Below are positions 40,730 through 64,000 of a stretch of DNA of 64,000 nt, one piece after another. Below the pieces are notes generated by a model. It saw nothing but the letters and a program-made list of their open reading frames with translations. It was not told the origin of the DNA and searched no databases. Source of the stretch: Tubiluchus corallicola (Eukaryota; Animalia; Priapulida); NCBI GenBank assembly GCA_030141605.1, contig JAQGDQ010000191.1, positions 186,001-250,000 on the forward strand, read 5' to 3'. Position numbers and translations under genes: made by a program. The stretch's first letter is position 1, and each line of letters starts with the position of its first letter.

Positions 40730-43001
40730 GCTCTTTATAGAGGACAGTGCCTGAAATTATCAGCTCATTTCAATTTTCAAGTGATCGCAATTCGGATTTC
40801 AGACTGTGCAACAGTAACAACACCATAAATTTTATTTAATGCTAATTGAAGTGACTGTTTCTCATGCGGGCAATGGACAACCCGTTTTTTGGTCATCTCG
40901 CATTGTATAATTACGCACATCAAATCGAAGTGCGTTTTGAAGCACCTATGAACAAATCTAAATTTCAAAATAAATGGTTCAAGCTAACCGCCTTAACTAT
41001 CTATATATTAATATAACAGTATAATGAGTCACTATAGTGAATTACAGCATTACTGTACGTAGTGCCTACTGTCTACCTTTCTAGTATCTCTTGGTTGCCG
41101 TCAAGTCTGCGTTTATGATCTCAGATTTTCAAAGCCAGGCGCTGGTAAATATACTTTGAAAGTTATGAGGTTTACAGTTGGATTACGTAATCGTTCAGTA
41201 AATATTTCCGAGACAAGCATAATGAAATCTGTCGTGTGACAAAGGCAGAGATGTTAATTAATAGTGAATGTTAATTAAGATGTTTGCAATAACTACAATA
41301 CTATGACAGCTATGAGGTCGTGCTATTGCGCAACTTTCAGTTTATTTATAGCTGCTTCACGCTCTCCTCCCCCCTCTCTCTCTCTTTCTCACTGATTCGG
41401 ACCCTTCCTCTATATTGGCTGTTTTTCTCCCTCACTCACCCATCGATAATTCTAAGAAGAAAATGGCAGTCAGGGACATTTAGTATAGAATAATACATTA
41501 TAAACGTTCGATGCTTTTAACGTAAATAAACAAGTCCTTTAAACATTTGTACTGATTTCAACTGTGTATGTAGTGCAACTTGGAGCTGCACTTTTGGAAA
41601 TTTTAACCACGTTATGCACGGAGTAGCCTTGAGAGAGCATGTAAGCGCTCGGGCACTAAATTGTTTTATCCTACATATATGTGAAGCCGAATAGGTCTAC
41701 CTGTGCATATGATTAATTACAAAATACTCTTTGAGTACATTTGAAACTATTCGTCGGTTTATTATAAGCAGACTTCTTTTTTAAACAACTGGTCACTGTG
41801 TCACCTTGGCAGCTAACACCAAATATAAACAGGCATTGCAGTGTTGCTGTGTGAACGACAGCAACATCGTTGCGCTGCCGTTACCATAGAGCAACCTGCG
41901 ATTCAAAAGAGGGATTAGCAGCACTTTCCTCAACAAATTATGTTCATTTCTGTATATATCATATATACATATTTCATCTTATAGCTAAATGCCAAGTAAA
42001 TAAAAAAATGTGGTTACAGTGAAGAGTCCCTTGTAGTCCAAATCCATTAATTCCGTTCGATGATGTTTTTACGATTATTTTTCAATAATTTAAATTACTG
42101 TAATGATATTATTTAAATTATTGTAATTATATTATGCAATGCTGTACTATTTGTGATATTAAGGTATCATTAATTTTAACGGAATTTTCAAATACACACT
42201 TAGCGGTGAACAACAGAGTTAATGTACAACAGGTACAGTATGGTGACAAATCAGTAATATATCGCGGAAACCCAGCCGTTGCTGCAAATGGAGACTTTTC
42301 ACACCGCAAACAATAGTGACTGGAAGCGCTGAGCATCTAATTATCTTCTAAATAGTCATCCAAATAAACACGCAGCAAAAATCTAGAAAATGGGGACAGA
42401 AAGTAACCAGACTATAACATCATCCTATGAAAAGACTGGTCTGCCGTATTAGCAAGCTTTCATCAGCATGGATAGATTGTTGTACAAATAATGCAGAACA
42501 GCAACGATTTAATTAAATTTTTGCGGCTCGCATCTTAAGGATGCTGTTTTCCAGGTTTTTGAGGTCTTAAAGATGTAATTAGTCACGATGAGTGATAATG
42601 AATTCTCTTCTAAAATGGTATTTTATTTCATAACAATCAAACATTTCAAGTAATTATAATCCTCAGATTTTATCTACGGAATGACTAAATGAAATAAGAA
42701 ATGAGTAAAATGATTAGATGTCGTTCACCAATGATTCAACGTCAAGGAGGCAGGTGTACAGTAAGATGTAATTAATCCAAAAAAGATTAGTTTTTAGGCT
42801 AGAGGTAGTAAGATCATTTATGCTATTATAAAGCAAGAAAACTGCAAAATTCCCCAAAGTACAGACTTTCAATATGCACATTTACATAAGATTATGCACA
42901 CGAGTACACATGAAAGTATTGTATGTAAATCACTTGTTTGAATAGGGCTGTGCACCATTTTTCTCAGATAATTCGTTATAATGTATTGTTTTTCTTTGCA
43001 G

Positions 43002-46000
43002 ATCTAACATTAGAAGAACAAGAATTGTTGGCTAACATTAGAAAAAGAAAAGCTGAACTTCTAGTAGAAATACAGGTACAATTATTTCATAATCTATGTA
43101 TCTACTAGTCCACATATACAGCTAAGTGAATCGCTCTACTGCATATACTGGTCATAAGCTTGTCATAAATGTCATTACCAACAGAAATAACTAAATTGTG
43201 TAGATTTTTATACAGTTTGTTGAGTTTGACATACTGCAAGCCATAATCTAATAACATTCAATGGCAAGACAAGACCTTTTCATGTAGAATGGTTCTGTTC
43301 TACTGGGAAATGGATACCTTTATAGTATCTATAGCGGTCCATGTCAGAACCTTGTTGGTTTTCAAGGCAATGCGTCTAAGATAAGGTAATGAACTGGTAG
43401 AGGACTAGTCACATGTTAGGTGTGAAATATCTCTGTAAGTAAGCAGTCTGAATTTGATATGGTAAATGAAGCCCAACCTGAATGCAGTGATCACCCATCC
43501 ATTCACTGACCAGTCTCGACGCCTTTCGTAATTTCGTTCACTAAGTACTTGGTTGTTCTAATCAACACGCACACAATTTCTGCAACATTTGTAAATTCTT
43601 CCTAAGTAAAACCATTAGTTCTACCATGGATAAAGTGATTCAAAAGTATGTCAATTTTGTTTTTTGTTGTTTTCTCACTTCTGCTAGCGCACTAACTTAC
43701 TACATTATCTACTTAGCAACTCAAAAATGAAATATCCGATGTTGCACATGAGCTTGAAGAACACGATGGTAGCTCTGCCAACAGAGAAAATCCAAAAGCG
43801 AAGCAAATGCACCTGGGCCGTAAAAAGTTCAACATGGATCCAAAAAAGGTACCATCAAAGTTTTCATCAACAATTAAAACAATTTGCTAATGCGTTAACA
43901 AGCTGTATAATACAGGGTGTCTCAGAAGCCAGTATACACATTATATTTGCACTTTTAACATGCAAAGCAAAGTGAAAATTGGTACAGATAAACTAGAACC
44001 TTTGGCAATTTGGCCAAATTAGATGAAAATATGAAAAGAACTACTTCTCAGACTTCTGCTAATGACTGACACATGTAATTCCAACATCAGCCAGCATTTT
44101 TCAGTTAAGTGTTTGCACAACAAACTTAATTGTTATTTGAAATTCACGAAGGACGACTGAAGGTGCCTTGGTCTTTATGTATAAGTTTTGGCCTGCTTGT
44201 AAAAAATTGCAGTATTGCAGGGTCAAATCTGTCAAAGTCCCAAACTTTCAGTGGAAAGAGCCTTAGGGACCAATCCAATGGCAAATATGACAGTCTATTA
44301 CTGCAGTTAAAATTTAAATAAAAAGAATGGCCAAAGACAGTTCTTTGCTTGATGCCAAAGTTTGTAAAAATTGGATGAAAAGATAAAAAGAAAACCAGAT
44401 CGAAATCCAAGCATACAGAACGATACCTTGTGGTGTAGTCACTGGAGACTAAAGAATGCAGTTGGATAATTGTTCTAGATGATGCAAAAATAGTTGTTAT
44501 AACAGGAGTCGATCATGAGATTACTGAACTAAATTTTTTTTAAATTTATAGGTCATCGCAGGAGATTATCGTGATTACTGCATTAGACAAACTTTCAGGC
44601 AACCTAGTGTTGAAATCCTGAAGGAACAATATTTTTTAGTATTTTTTAAAAATCTATTTGGCATACATTCAGTTATACAACCTTGTTTTAAAAATATAGG
44701 GAATTTCATTTTTGGTGGAAAGTGAACTGCTCAAAAACACTGCAGAAGACGTAGCACAGTTCTTGTTTCGAGGAGAAGGGCTTAATAAGACAGTCATCGG
44801 AGAATACTTGGGCGAAAGGTGAACTATTGAACTATTTGCGTAGGTCTAAATATTCTTCAACTTTTCAACTCTTTTACCAATTTCATTTCAGCTGTATAAT
44901 AAGCATGAAACTGTTCCTCACATTAACAGCACCACATATTTAAACTAAAAATACCTTTAACATTTAACATAAAAATGTATAAGCAAAAAGTAACTACGTA
45001 GTAGTCTCTGTGTAATAGACAGAAAATTTGAGTTCACAATTTGTCATAAACTACAATTGCATTATTTTTATTAGTGAAGAACTTTTAAAAAATATGTTAA
45101 TGAAATATCTAATGTAGCACTAATCTAGTAAATAATGTAGACTATAATACAAAATATAATTTTTTGAGAAAGCTAAATATAATCTAACCAACAATTTGGA
45201 AATCAGCTCTTGTATATTTTCCAGAACGACCCTAAATCAAATCACTTAATTTCTTATGACAACTTCTAGCGAGTCAAGTCAATAATACAGCTGTCTAAAG
45301 ATTTAAATTGATTTATTTCACATTCACAGTTAAAAATCAGTACAAAAATCACAACAAAATACAAAAATTGCCAAAATATGAGGGTAACATACAGCCGTTG
45401 GGTCCTTCACATGTTGCCCTTATTTGATAATCATGAAATAAGCAGTGGTTGGGTAAAAAATGCGAAACAGCTCACTATATATTATATGAAATTTTAGTTT
45501 TTAGACAAATAAAGAAAATCTGAAAAAACATTATGAGAAAAGGGTTGTACATATTTATAGGTTGTTATGTTAGTTTGAGAAATTTGGTATCTACTTCAAT
45601 GACTAAATATTATGCAAGACACAGGAATTATATGACTACATAGTTTTGCAGTATACTTCAACTGAATCTAACCATGTCCATAATGCAGTCAGTCCATTCC
45701 ACTGCAGTCCAGTCAGTATTATATTAATTGTATTCTAAAGAGCTTATAGTGTGTTAGAATACAGACATAATTGGGTAAATACTTGCGATGTGTTTAAAGG
45801 AACTATGATTACTTTATAAACCCGGCTGCATTTCCTCAGGGAGCAGGGTTCTATGGATGAGATGGAATTTTCACACACTTTTATACAATTGCAATTACTT
45901 TGAATAATAAGAATTTAACCACAATTTTCATGTTTTTTATACTATCTTTAACTTGCACAGTAACTGTATAATTATTAACGTGTTAGCAGTTTTAATTTTC

Positions 46001-49000
46001 ATTCTGTTATCTCTAGGCACGATTTTAATATAGAAGTCTTACAAGAATTTGTAAAACTTCACGAATTTCGCGACATGATTTTGGTGCAAGCACTCCGACA
46101 GTTTTTGTGGAGTTTCCGTCTTCCCGGAGAAGCCCAAAAGATCGACAGGATGATGGAAGCTTTCGCGCAGAGATATTGTCTGTGTAATCCAGGTGTATTT
46201 ACCTCAACTGGTAAGCAATCTATTATAAGATGTTTTTTGTCAAACAAACAAGTAGCTGAAAGGTTTTGACTAGACTGTTACTTGAAACCAGTACAAACAT
46301 CTACATTCTATACTGAGCGAACTCTTGCTGCAACTCTTTTCACACGCTTTTCACATTGTGTGTTTTAACAAATTGTGAGTGTGCATCTTGTAATTACTAT
46401 TAAAATAATTTTACTTCCAAAAAATTCTGTGCATTTGGAGTCAAAAAAAATTCTATCATGCTTGCCGGCTTATTTGAAGTTTTATATCAAGAATAAACAG
46501 ACAACAGTTCAGTAATCTGATTGCAAAAATAAAAGAATGTCGACTTCATTTACATGAACAAAGTCTAGAAAGGGATATAAAGCATTACTTTCCCGCCACT
46601 GTTCAATTCCAAGTGTTTATCGTGATTTCACGGCCATTTTGCATGACAACTATACAAGGGAAATGATTGAATGCGCGGCGTACACTATAAAACACTAAGC
46701 TATCATGAAGGCACAATAATAAAAATATGTATAACACAAAAAAATCTCAATATTTGCATCAGGCCTACCCTTTTCAACATGATGCATTGCATTTTTCACA
46801 AAGAAATTATGCCTCTTTGTTTTCTTCTGTCATTTAGATACTTGCTATGTCTTGTCTTTTGCCGTTATCATGCTTAATACCTCATTGCACAACCCAGCAG
46901 TCAAAGACAAACCAACAGTAGAAAGATTTATAGCCATGAACAGGGGAATTAACGATGGTGGCGACTTACCAGACGAACTACTAATTGTAAGTCCTCGAGT
47001 AAACTGAATTTGTGCTGCAAATTATCGGAATAAGGTGACAAGTATCAGAAACTGAAATGTCATTTGTAAAACCGAAAATTTTGAGGAAAGAATTTTTGCA
47101 TTCATTATGAAACTCTAATAGATTGCCCATGCTCAAACTTAAATTCCCTGTCATAATTTGTTTTCTGAATGAGTGATATCAAGTTTGTCTGTTACATGAA
47201 AACTGAGTGCATGTATTTACAGAGTTTGTATGAAAGCATTAAAAAAGAACCATTTAAAATCCCGGAAGATGATGGAAACGACCTCATGCATACATTCTTC
47301 AATCCTGACAGGGAAGGATGGCTTTGGAAGCAAGGTTTAAAATTTTTTTTTTATTTCCATTTTTTCCAGTCATTTTTGCAGAAGCACTGCAAAAGGACAA
47401 CTTTGCACTTTAGATTTCAATCCAATTTTTTTATACTAAATGGCAGACTTACATTCAAAAGTATTTTCTTATCTGCATAATCTACATAAACACAGAGTTA
47501 TTTTCAAACATATTTTTTGAAATTACAGGTTCTTCCAAGTTGAGTAAGTTGTATTTTACATTCTCAGCATGACCGAATGTTAGCTTTGAATTATCACAAG
47601 AAATCAAAATCTACCCATTAATTCTTAATGTTCTTTATAACAGATTGTTTAACTACTAACACTTAAATCAACACTGACTAATGGCCAAGTATTTTCCCTA
47701 AGTTTTTACACGAAAACGTTCATTACCTTGTGAAAAAATAATGGTAAAAAAGCAAAAGCAGAGAAGACCATGTTTTCAAATTTTATTTTGAAAATTGGAA
47801 AATGAGATTGAAATGCTAAATGAGGTGCAAGTTTTTATTTAATCCTTTAATTAAATCTGTTTATGCAAATATCACCTTTTGTAAGTTTCATGATTTTAAT
47901 TTGATAACGCGATTTTTTTTTAATTATGGTGGATGATTTCTTGACATATTTTGCTCTGCATCTCCATTACATTCCATTCCATTGTTGTAGTTTTAAAATG
48001 AACCAACAATAATTACACATAAAATGACAAGAGCAACATATCTTCAACAGCAAAATAAAACTGCAGAAAAGGCAAATGCATCTTGTCTAATAACTATTAT
48101 AACATATTTTGCATATTTTAGTTTCCTTAGTATACTGCTGTGTAACATGTAATCAGAATTCCCTAATATTTTAACACAATAATGGGCTCCTTATCTGTAT
48201 GAATAATAACAATTTTGCGTGTTAGCAGTGCACAACAGCCGGTCATGACCATTATTTAGCGAGCAGACAGCAGCATGAAGCAATTTACTAACTGGTGATG
48301 CATTGCAAGCTGCAGACAAACTACCCTTCTTTGTGCATTAGAAACGTATCACTGTCTGTCCTTTCAATATATCCTGTGATCAATCAAGGCAATTGATTTC
48401 TAAATGGAAAATGGAAAACACTTTTTAAATCATACCATTTGCTTTTCAATCTGTATGTATTCAAATTGTCATGCATGCTCAGTTTCACTACAGTGCTGCT
48501 TACTGCATTCGGTTTGTAATTAACAATACTGTGCAAGTTTTTGATTTAAATTTTTCTGCTTTTGATATGTGCAAGCCAAAATTCAGCAGACAGTAGCAGA
48601 GCTTACTTAGTGTAAATGATTGTGGTGGGACTAGAATCTAGCTCATTACTAAGTATAATCAAGTATGAACCAGCAAAGGTGTCTTGATCTTGACCGTATT
48701 TGGTGTCTGCTACACACCTCAACAATAGTCTCCCTCCCTATTAACATACTGCTGTTTTTCCAAAAAAAATGCCAAATATTGTTCATTTTGGTAATATAAT
48801 AAAATAAATAATAATTAAAGGATAATATGAAAGCCTATAAAATTAGGAAATTATAAGATATTATAATATATATTTACAAGATGTTGTATTTTTATTGACG
48901 TTTTGGAGTACTGAACTCCATATTCAAAATATGTGTATCATATGATAACTGAACAACTACTACTTTGCATTCAAACTGTTCTAAACCTAGTCAAAACACG

Positions 49001-51126
49001 TATTATGAATATGGAGTCTGCTAAGCCAAAATGTCAGAAAAATATTGTCTCCTGATTGTATATTATAATGTTTTGTGTTATCTACACCTGCTTTTTTTAA
49101 AGATTTTTGTTTTTATAGGTGGGCGGTACAAAAGCTGGAAGAGAAGATGGTTTATTCTCAATGACAACTGTCTTTATTACTTTGAATTCACAACAGTAAG
49201 ATGTATTCCAATCAATATTACAAAAAATTATATAAAATGTGTGTTTCTTTAATTACTTTGATATCTATTACTTTGTGTACTTACACGCTTCAACTACACA
49301 GTTCTAGTTTATTAAAAATCTACTATCATGCACCTTGGTTTAACTAACTGATTGGTGACACATTTTCCTCAAAGGCATATTTGGCAAACTTATGGTTCTC
49401 AAACGTTTGAAAAGTTAGCTACTAATTACGCTGTGACTACAATAAGATCTGCCATTTTAACCTTACACTATTAATTGACCATGCTATTTGCAGAATGTCG
49501 TAATCACAATGTTTATGCTAAGGTGACATTTGACAAACCAAATGGCATATTTTATAGTCTAAAGTCTAAATAAAGAAGCATTGAAGGTAGAGTTTTTGTT
49601 GTCAAAAAAGCAGTATGATCGAAGCTGGCTCTTCTAATATGACCTACAGGGAGAATAATCATACCAAAAAGGCAAGGCTAATAATAATCATATAATCATA
49701 CCAAAAAGGCATAGCTAATCACATTTGTAAGGCATATCAAGGTTTAAACGCATGACTAGCCATAAATGACTGACATGCATTCTGCTAGAATTGCATACTT
49801 TAGCTAACAGTCGTCATATTACAGGACAAAGAGCCGCGCGGAATTATACCACTAGAAAACGTCCAAGTTCGAGAGGTTCCAGACAAAAGCAAGCCAAACT
49901 GTTTTGAAATATTTTCTTCTGATAGTGAAGTCATAAAAGCATGCAAGACAGATTCTGAAGGAAAAGTTGTGGAAGGTAAGTCACATTCATGAAATCGTAC
50001 ATTCATTTCATTGAGGTCGGTAATCAAATTTTTGATACATACTAGATTCCTCACTTGGTAGCTTAGCTTTAAAATTAAAGGTCCTGGTCGCAGTTCCAAA
50101 ACAGGAAAAGGCACAATACTTACAGTAATACTGAAAGCAGAAGTAGGTATAGATGTAGCTATAGCCTGAAAGTTAATAATAATATGTACCTAATTATATT
50201 TGTAAATATTACTAATGTACTGTGTGTCTATGTTGTGTTAATGTACATTTTTTGAAATAATAAAAAATGAAAAAGAAATACCATCAGTAGGAAAAGACTT
50301 TAGTAGTAAGTGTGCAAGTGAAAGCAGAACATAATAAGACAAACAGACTAATATTCTTAGCCATCAAATGATGGCAGATGGCAACATAGGTCTGTAATAT
50401 TCTGCTACTTACAGTATCTACCTCTGAGACTTGAGGTCTTTAGTTTGTGAATCATATTGACCTGGAAATATTGCACCATTTCAGTAGTAGTACAGTTTCT
50501 TTAACACCCACCTGGGAAATTAAAGGCAAAGTAAATACAATACAGTAATCATTATAACGTCCGCATATCTGCTAGGCTCAAGTGATTACAGTGGTCAAAG
50601 TAGCCTATCGGTTTACAGCAGTCAGTTCGCCAAACATATCCTTTGAATACTAAATTACGATTAGGCAAAGAAATTATTTAAACATTTTTAAGATATTTGG
50701 CACCTGCCTCTTTTACTGAGGTTGTATTAATAATTACAACCAGCACTTGCATCTTTATATATGTTTCCGTTTACGTGCAACAAGCTAACTGACATTGTTT
50801 CTATTTAACAACATTTTTGCAGGAAATCACACCGTTTATCGAATGTCTGCTGCAACACCAGAAGACAAAGAGGAATGGATAAAGTGTATAATGTAAGTAC
50901 TCTACAACTTCGTTTCATTAATCATCAATTTTACAGCCGTTACAAATCCATTTTTCAGTCACTTATCTCCAATTTCTTCTAACCAGTAGCAATTCCTGAG
51001 GCTATACATTACCCTAATAATTTATCTGTTTTAATTTTTTGCAGAGCTAGTATTAGCGAACATCCATTTTACGACATGTTAGCAGCAAGAAAAAGGAAAG
51101 CACAACACAGTATTAAAGGCAACTAG
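43002..51126 (+). CDS. CYTH1: Cytohesin (ARNO/GRP1/steppke) Arf guanine-nucleotide exchange factor: coiled coil-Sec7-PH-polybasic tail; start codon lies in an upstream exon
   Basis: Exons 43002-43075, 43717-43848, 44700-44818, 46017-46210, 46838-46986, 47223-47334, 49119-49195, 49825-49975, 50823-50892, 51045-51126, all GT-AG and phase-consistent. [12 protein letters not shown], catalytic [45 protein letters not shown] (diglycine form), ARKRK tail. The symbol denotes the family, not a specific vertebrate paralogue. Confidence 0.95.
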
Positions 51127-52575
51127 TATTTAACAAAATTTTATTCCTAGTGTCTAAAAAATCTCACCAAACTTTAGTTCACTTACTAAATTTCTTGGTA
51201 TTTGTATATTTCTTAACGTTCACAAAATACTGTAAAGTCCATTGTGTAAACTTAGGACCCAAACTGACCTTTCAGAATTAGTTTATTATCAAGTTATAAT
51301 TTAATCCCTAATAAATGTATATATGATTGAAAGTCGATACTGAACAAATGAACTAGTCATCTTTAGACTCTGTTTATTGCATATGCATTTGCCTTTCACC
51401 ATGTTGAAAGAAACACTCACTATTACAGTTGAAACGCAAATATTATATTTCAAGTACTAAGTAAAATATTTTAATTGACAATATAAAACCATAACTTACA
51501 CAACAGGTGTGGTGAGTTATTAAATTGATATTTTTTCAAAATACTGAATTTGCCAAAACAATACAGAAAGTTGTTCGGCTTTTTTGTAATTATTTATTTG
51601 TACATAACATACAATAAATTATTGATAAAGAAATGTTATTTTGCATGTAGCCTATTTTAAAAAACCTTTTACATGCGTTTCTTCCAAGAAAAATAGTAAA
51701 TTTTATGGAACAGAAAGTAAGCATTGGACATTGATAAAAAATTTGCATTTCATGGAATTTGGAATGGATAAAAAAATGGAAAATACAGGTTGGATTAACA
51801 TTCTGTATAATTATGACTAACAATTTTAAACATGTTGATAACAGCAAGCAACAACCACAAAAAAACTGTACTAGATCGTGCAACTCAGTAATTTCCTTGG
51901 CATAAGAAAAGTACCAATAGCCTTATTTTGGACTTGTTTAAGAAGGTTAAATATGATTCAAAATATAAACAAGCTCTTTGACTCTGATTTCACAGCACCG
52001 CTGCATAGAATTCACTAAAAAAAGAATATGTGGAAAGATGTGACGCAAATAAAAATTCAAGCTAGAGTAGTAACTGCTCTTTTAGCAGAACCAACTACCA
52101 GATGGCAGCTCTTTAAACTGACGCATGCATACAGACATAGTACTAGGTATTAACAAGCATAGCAATAAGCTTGTTAAGCATGTTACATTTAACAATTAAG
52201 GAGTTGAGTTCTAACTAATTCTTCAAAATCAAATAATTACGAAATGAGGCAAATTTTGAAAACAAAATTATGTTTTTGTCAGACAACCACAAATTCTTTA
52301 AAAAAATTTCTACCAGCCATTAACTTGAACAATTTCAAGTTTGCAAGAATAATTTTCTGAATTCGTCAAGTTATGGGCAGCAGTTCTGCAGATGAATATA
52401 AAAATATGATAAAGAACAAGAATAACATAATTAAGCAAATGGAAGTTATAGACCACCTTCAAATAATATTCTACATATGACACCGCATGTCCTGACATGT
52501 TCAAAATTGTAAACTGCGACTTTATTATTTAAACTCAAATCAGAAGATGTGTACAGATGTGTGGCACCTGATCAC

Positions 52576-63579
<11,004 letters not shown>

Positions 63580-64000
63580 CTAATTGTTAATGGTCCAAAA
63601 TCAAAACAGAATAAATTAAGCGAAAATTAACGTATTTTATAATTTTTTGTTCAGGCAATATTCGTATAAACGATCATCTCCATGAATCTTAATTTAACAA
63701 TAACAGAAATCTTCGCCTTGCGCGAAGAACGTAAATGTGTGCCCACAAAGTTTAGCGTGGTCAAAACTTGCAAATTTTTTTGCGGAGGTCCGCAAGAATT
63801 AAGAATATTGCAGATTTACTTATTTGATTCTTGATAGTGCTCCTGGTAATTCGTGATGACTCAGCTTCAAATGGTTTTTTGACAAATCAACGTAGTTAGC
63901 ACTAATAACAATTTCATTAATGTTGTTCTCGGGTAAGATCACTGTGTGTGAAGAAATTGTCTGTATCTGCACGAGCACGTGTTTAAAGAACTTGAGCTGG

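Noticed and set aside
42588-42617. MSDNEFSSKM as the cytohesin first exon
   Set aside because: The donor is phase 0 but exon 43002 needs phase 1; it would work only through a weak acceptor at 42717.

Overview
AT-rich, intron-rich invertebrate animal genomic DNA (probably protostome, judging from the cytohesin PH sequence [16 protein letters not shown]); no prokaryotic features, rRNA, intact tRNA or CRISPR were found. I assembled four spliced protein genes by hand: (1) a minus-strand tandem-PH + coiled-coil adaptor (AFAP1-like) with an N-terminal hydrophobic anchor and an unexplained 1-nt frame break (365-10289); (2) ATF4/crc-type bZIP factor (+, 24316-26286) with a vertebrate-like uORF1/uORF2 leader and a CRE/CARE-rich promoter; (3) cytohesin/steppke Arf-GEF (+, core 43002-51126) with several candidate alternative 5' exons; (4) WDR13 (-, 52576-63525), which needs two GC-AG introns and one U12-type intron. 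Best leads: a 15-nt candidate microexon in the cytohesin PH lipid-binding loop; a 5' cassette that could switch between a membrane-anchored cytohesin and a free 33-aa micropeptide; an intron-split ATF4 uORF2; the PH-gene frame break. Intergenic and intronic DNA holds MITEs, a 2-kb TIR element with TSD, LINE, mariner, SINE and HINE remnants, and microsatellites. All exon models come from splice signals and reading frame only, and family assignments rest on remembered sequences; no RNA data or database search was available.
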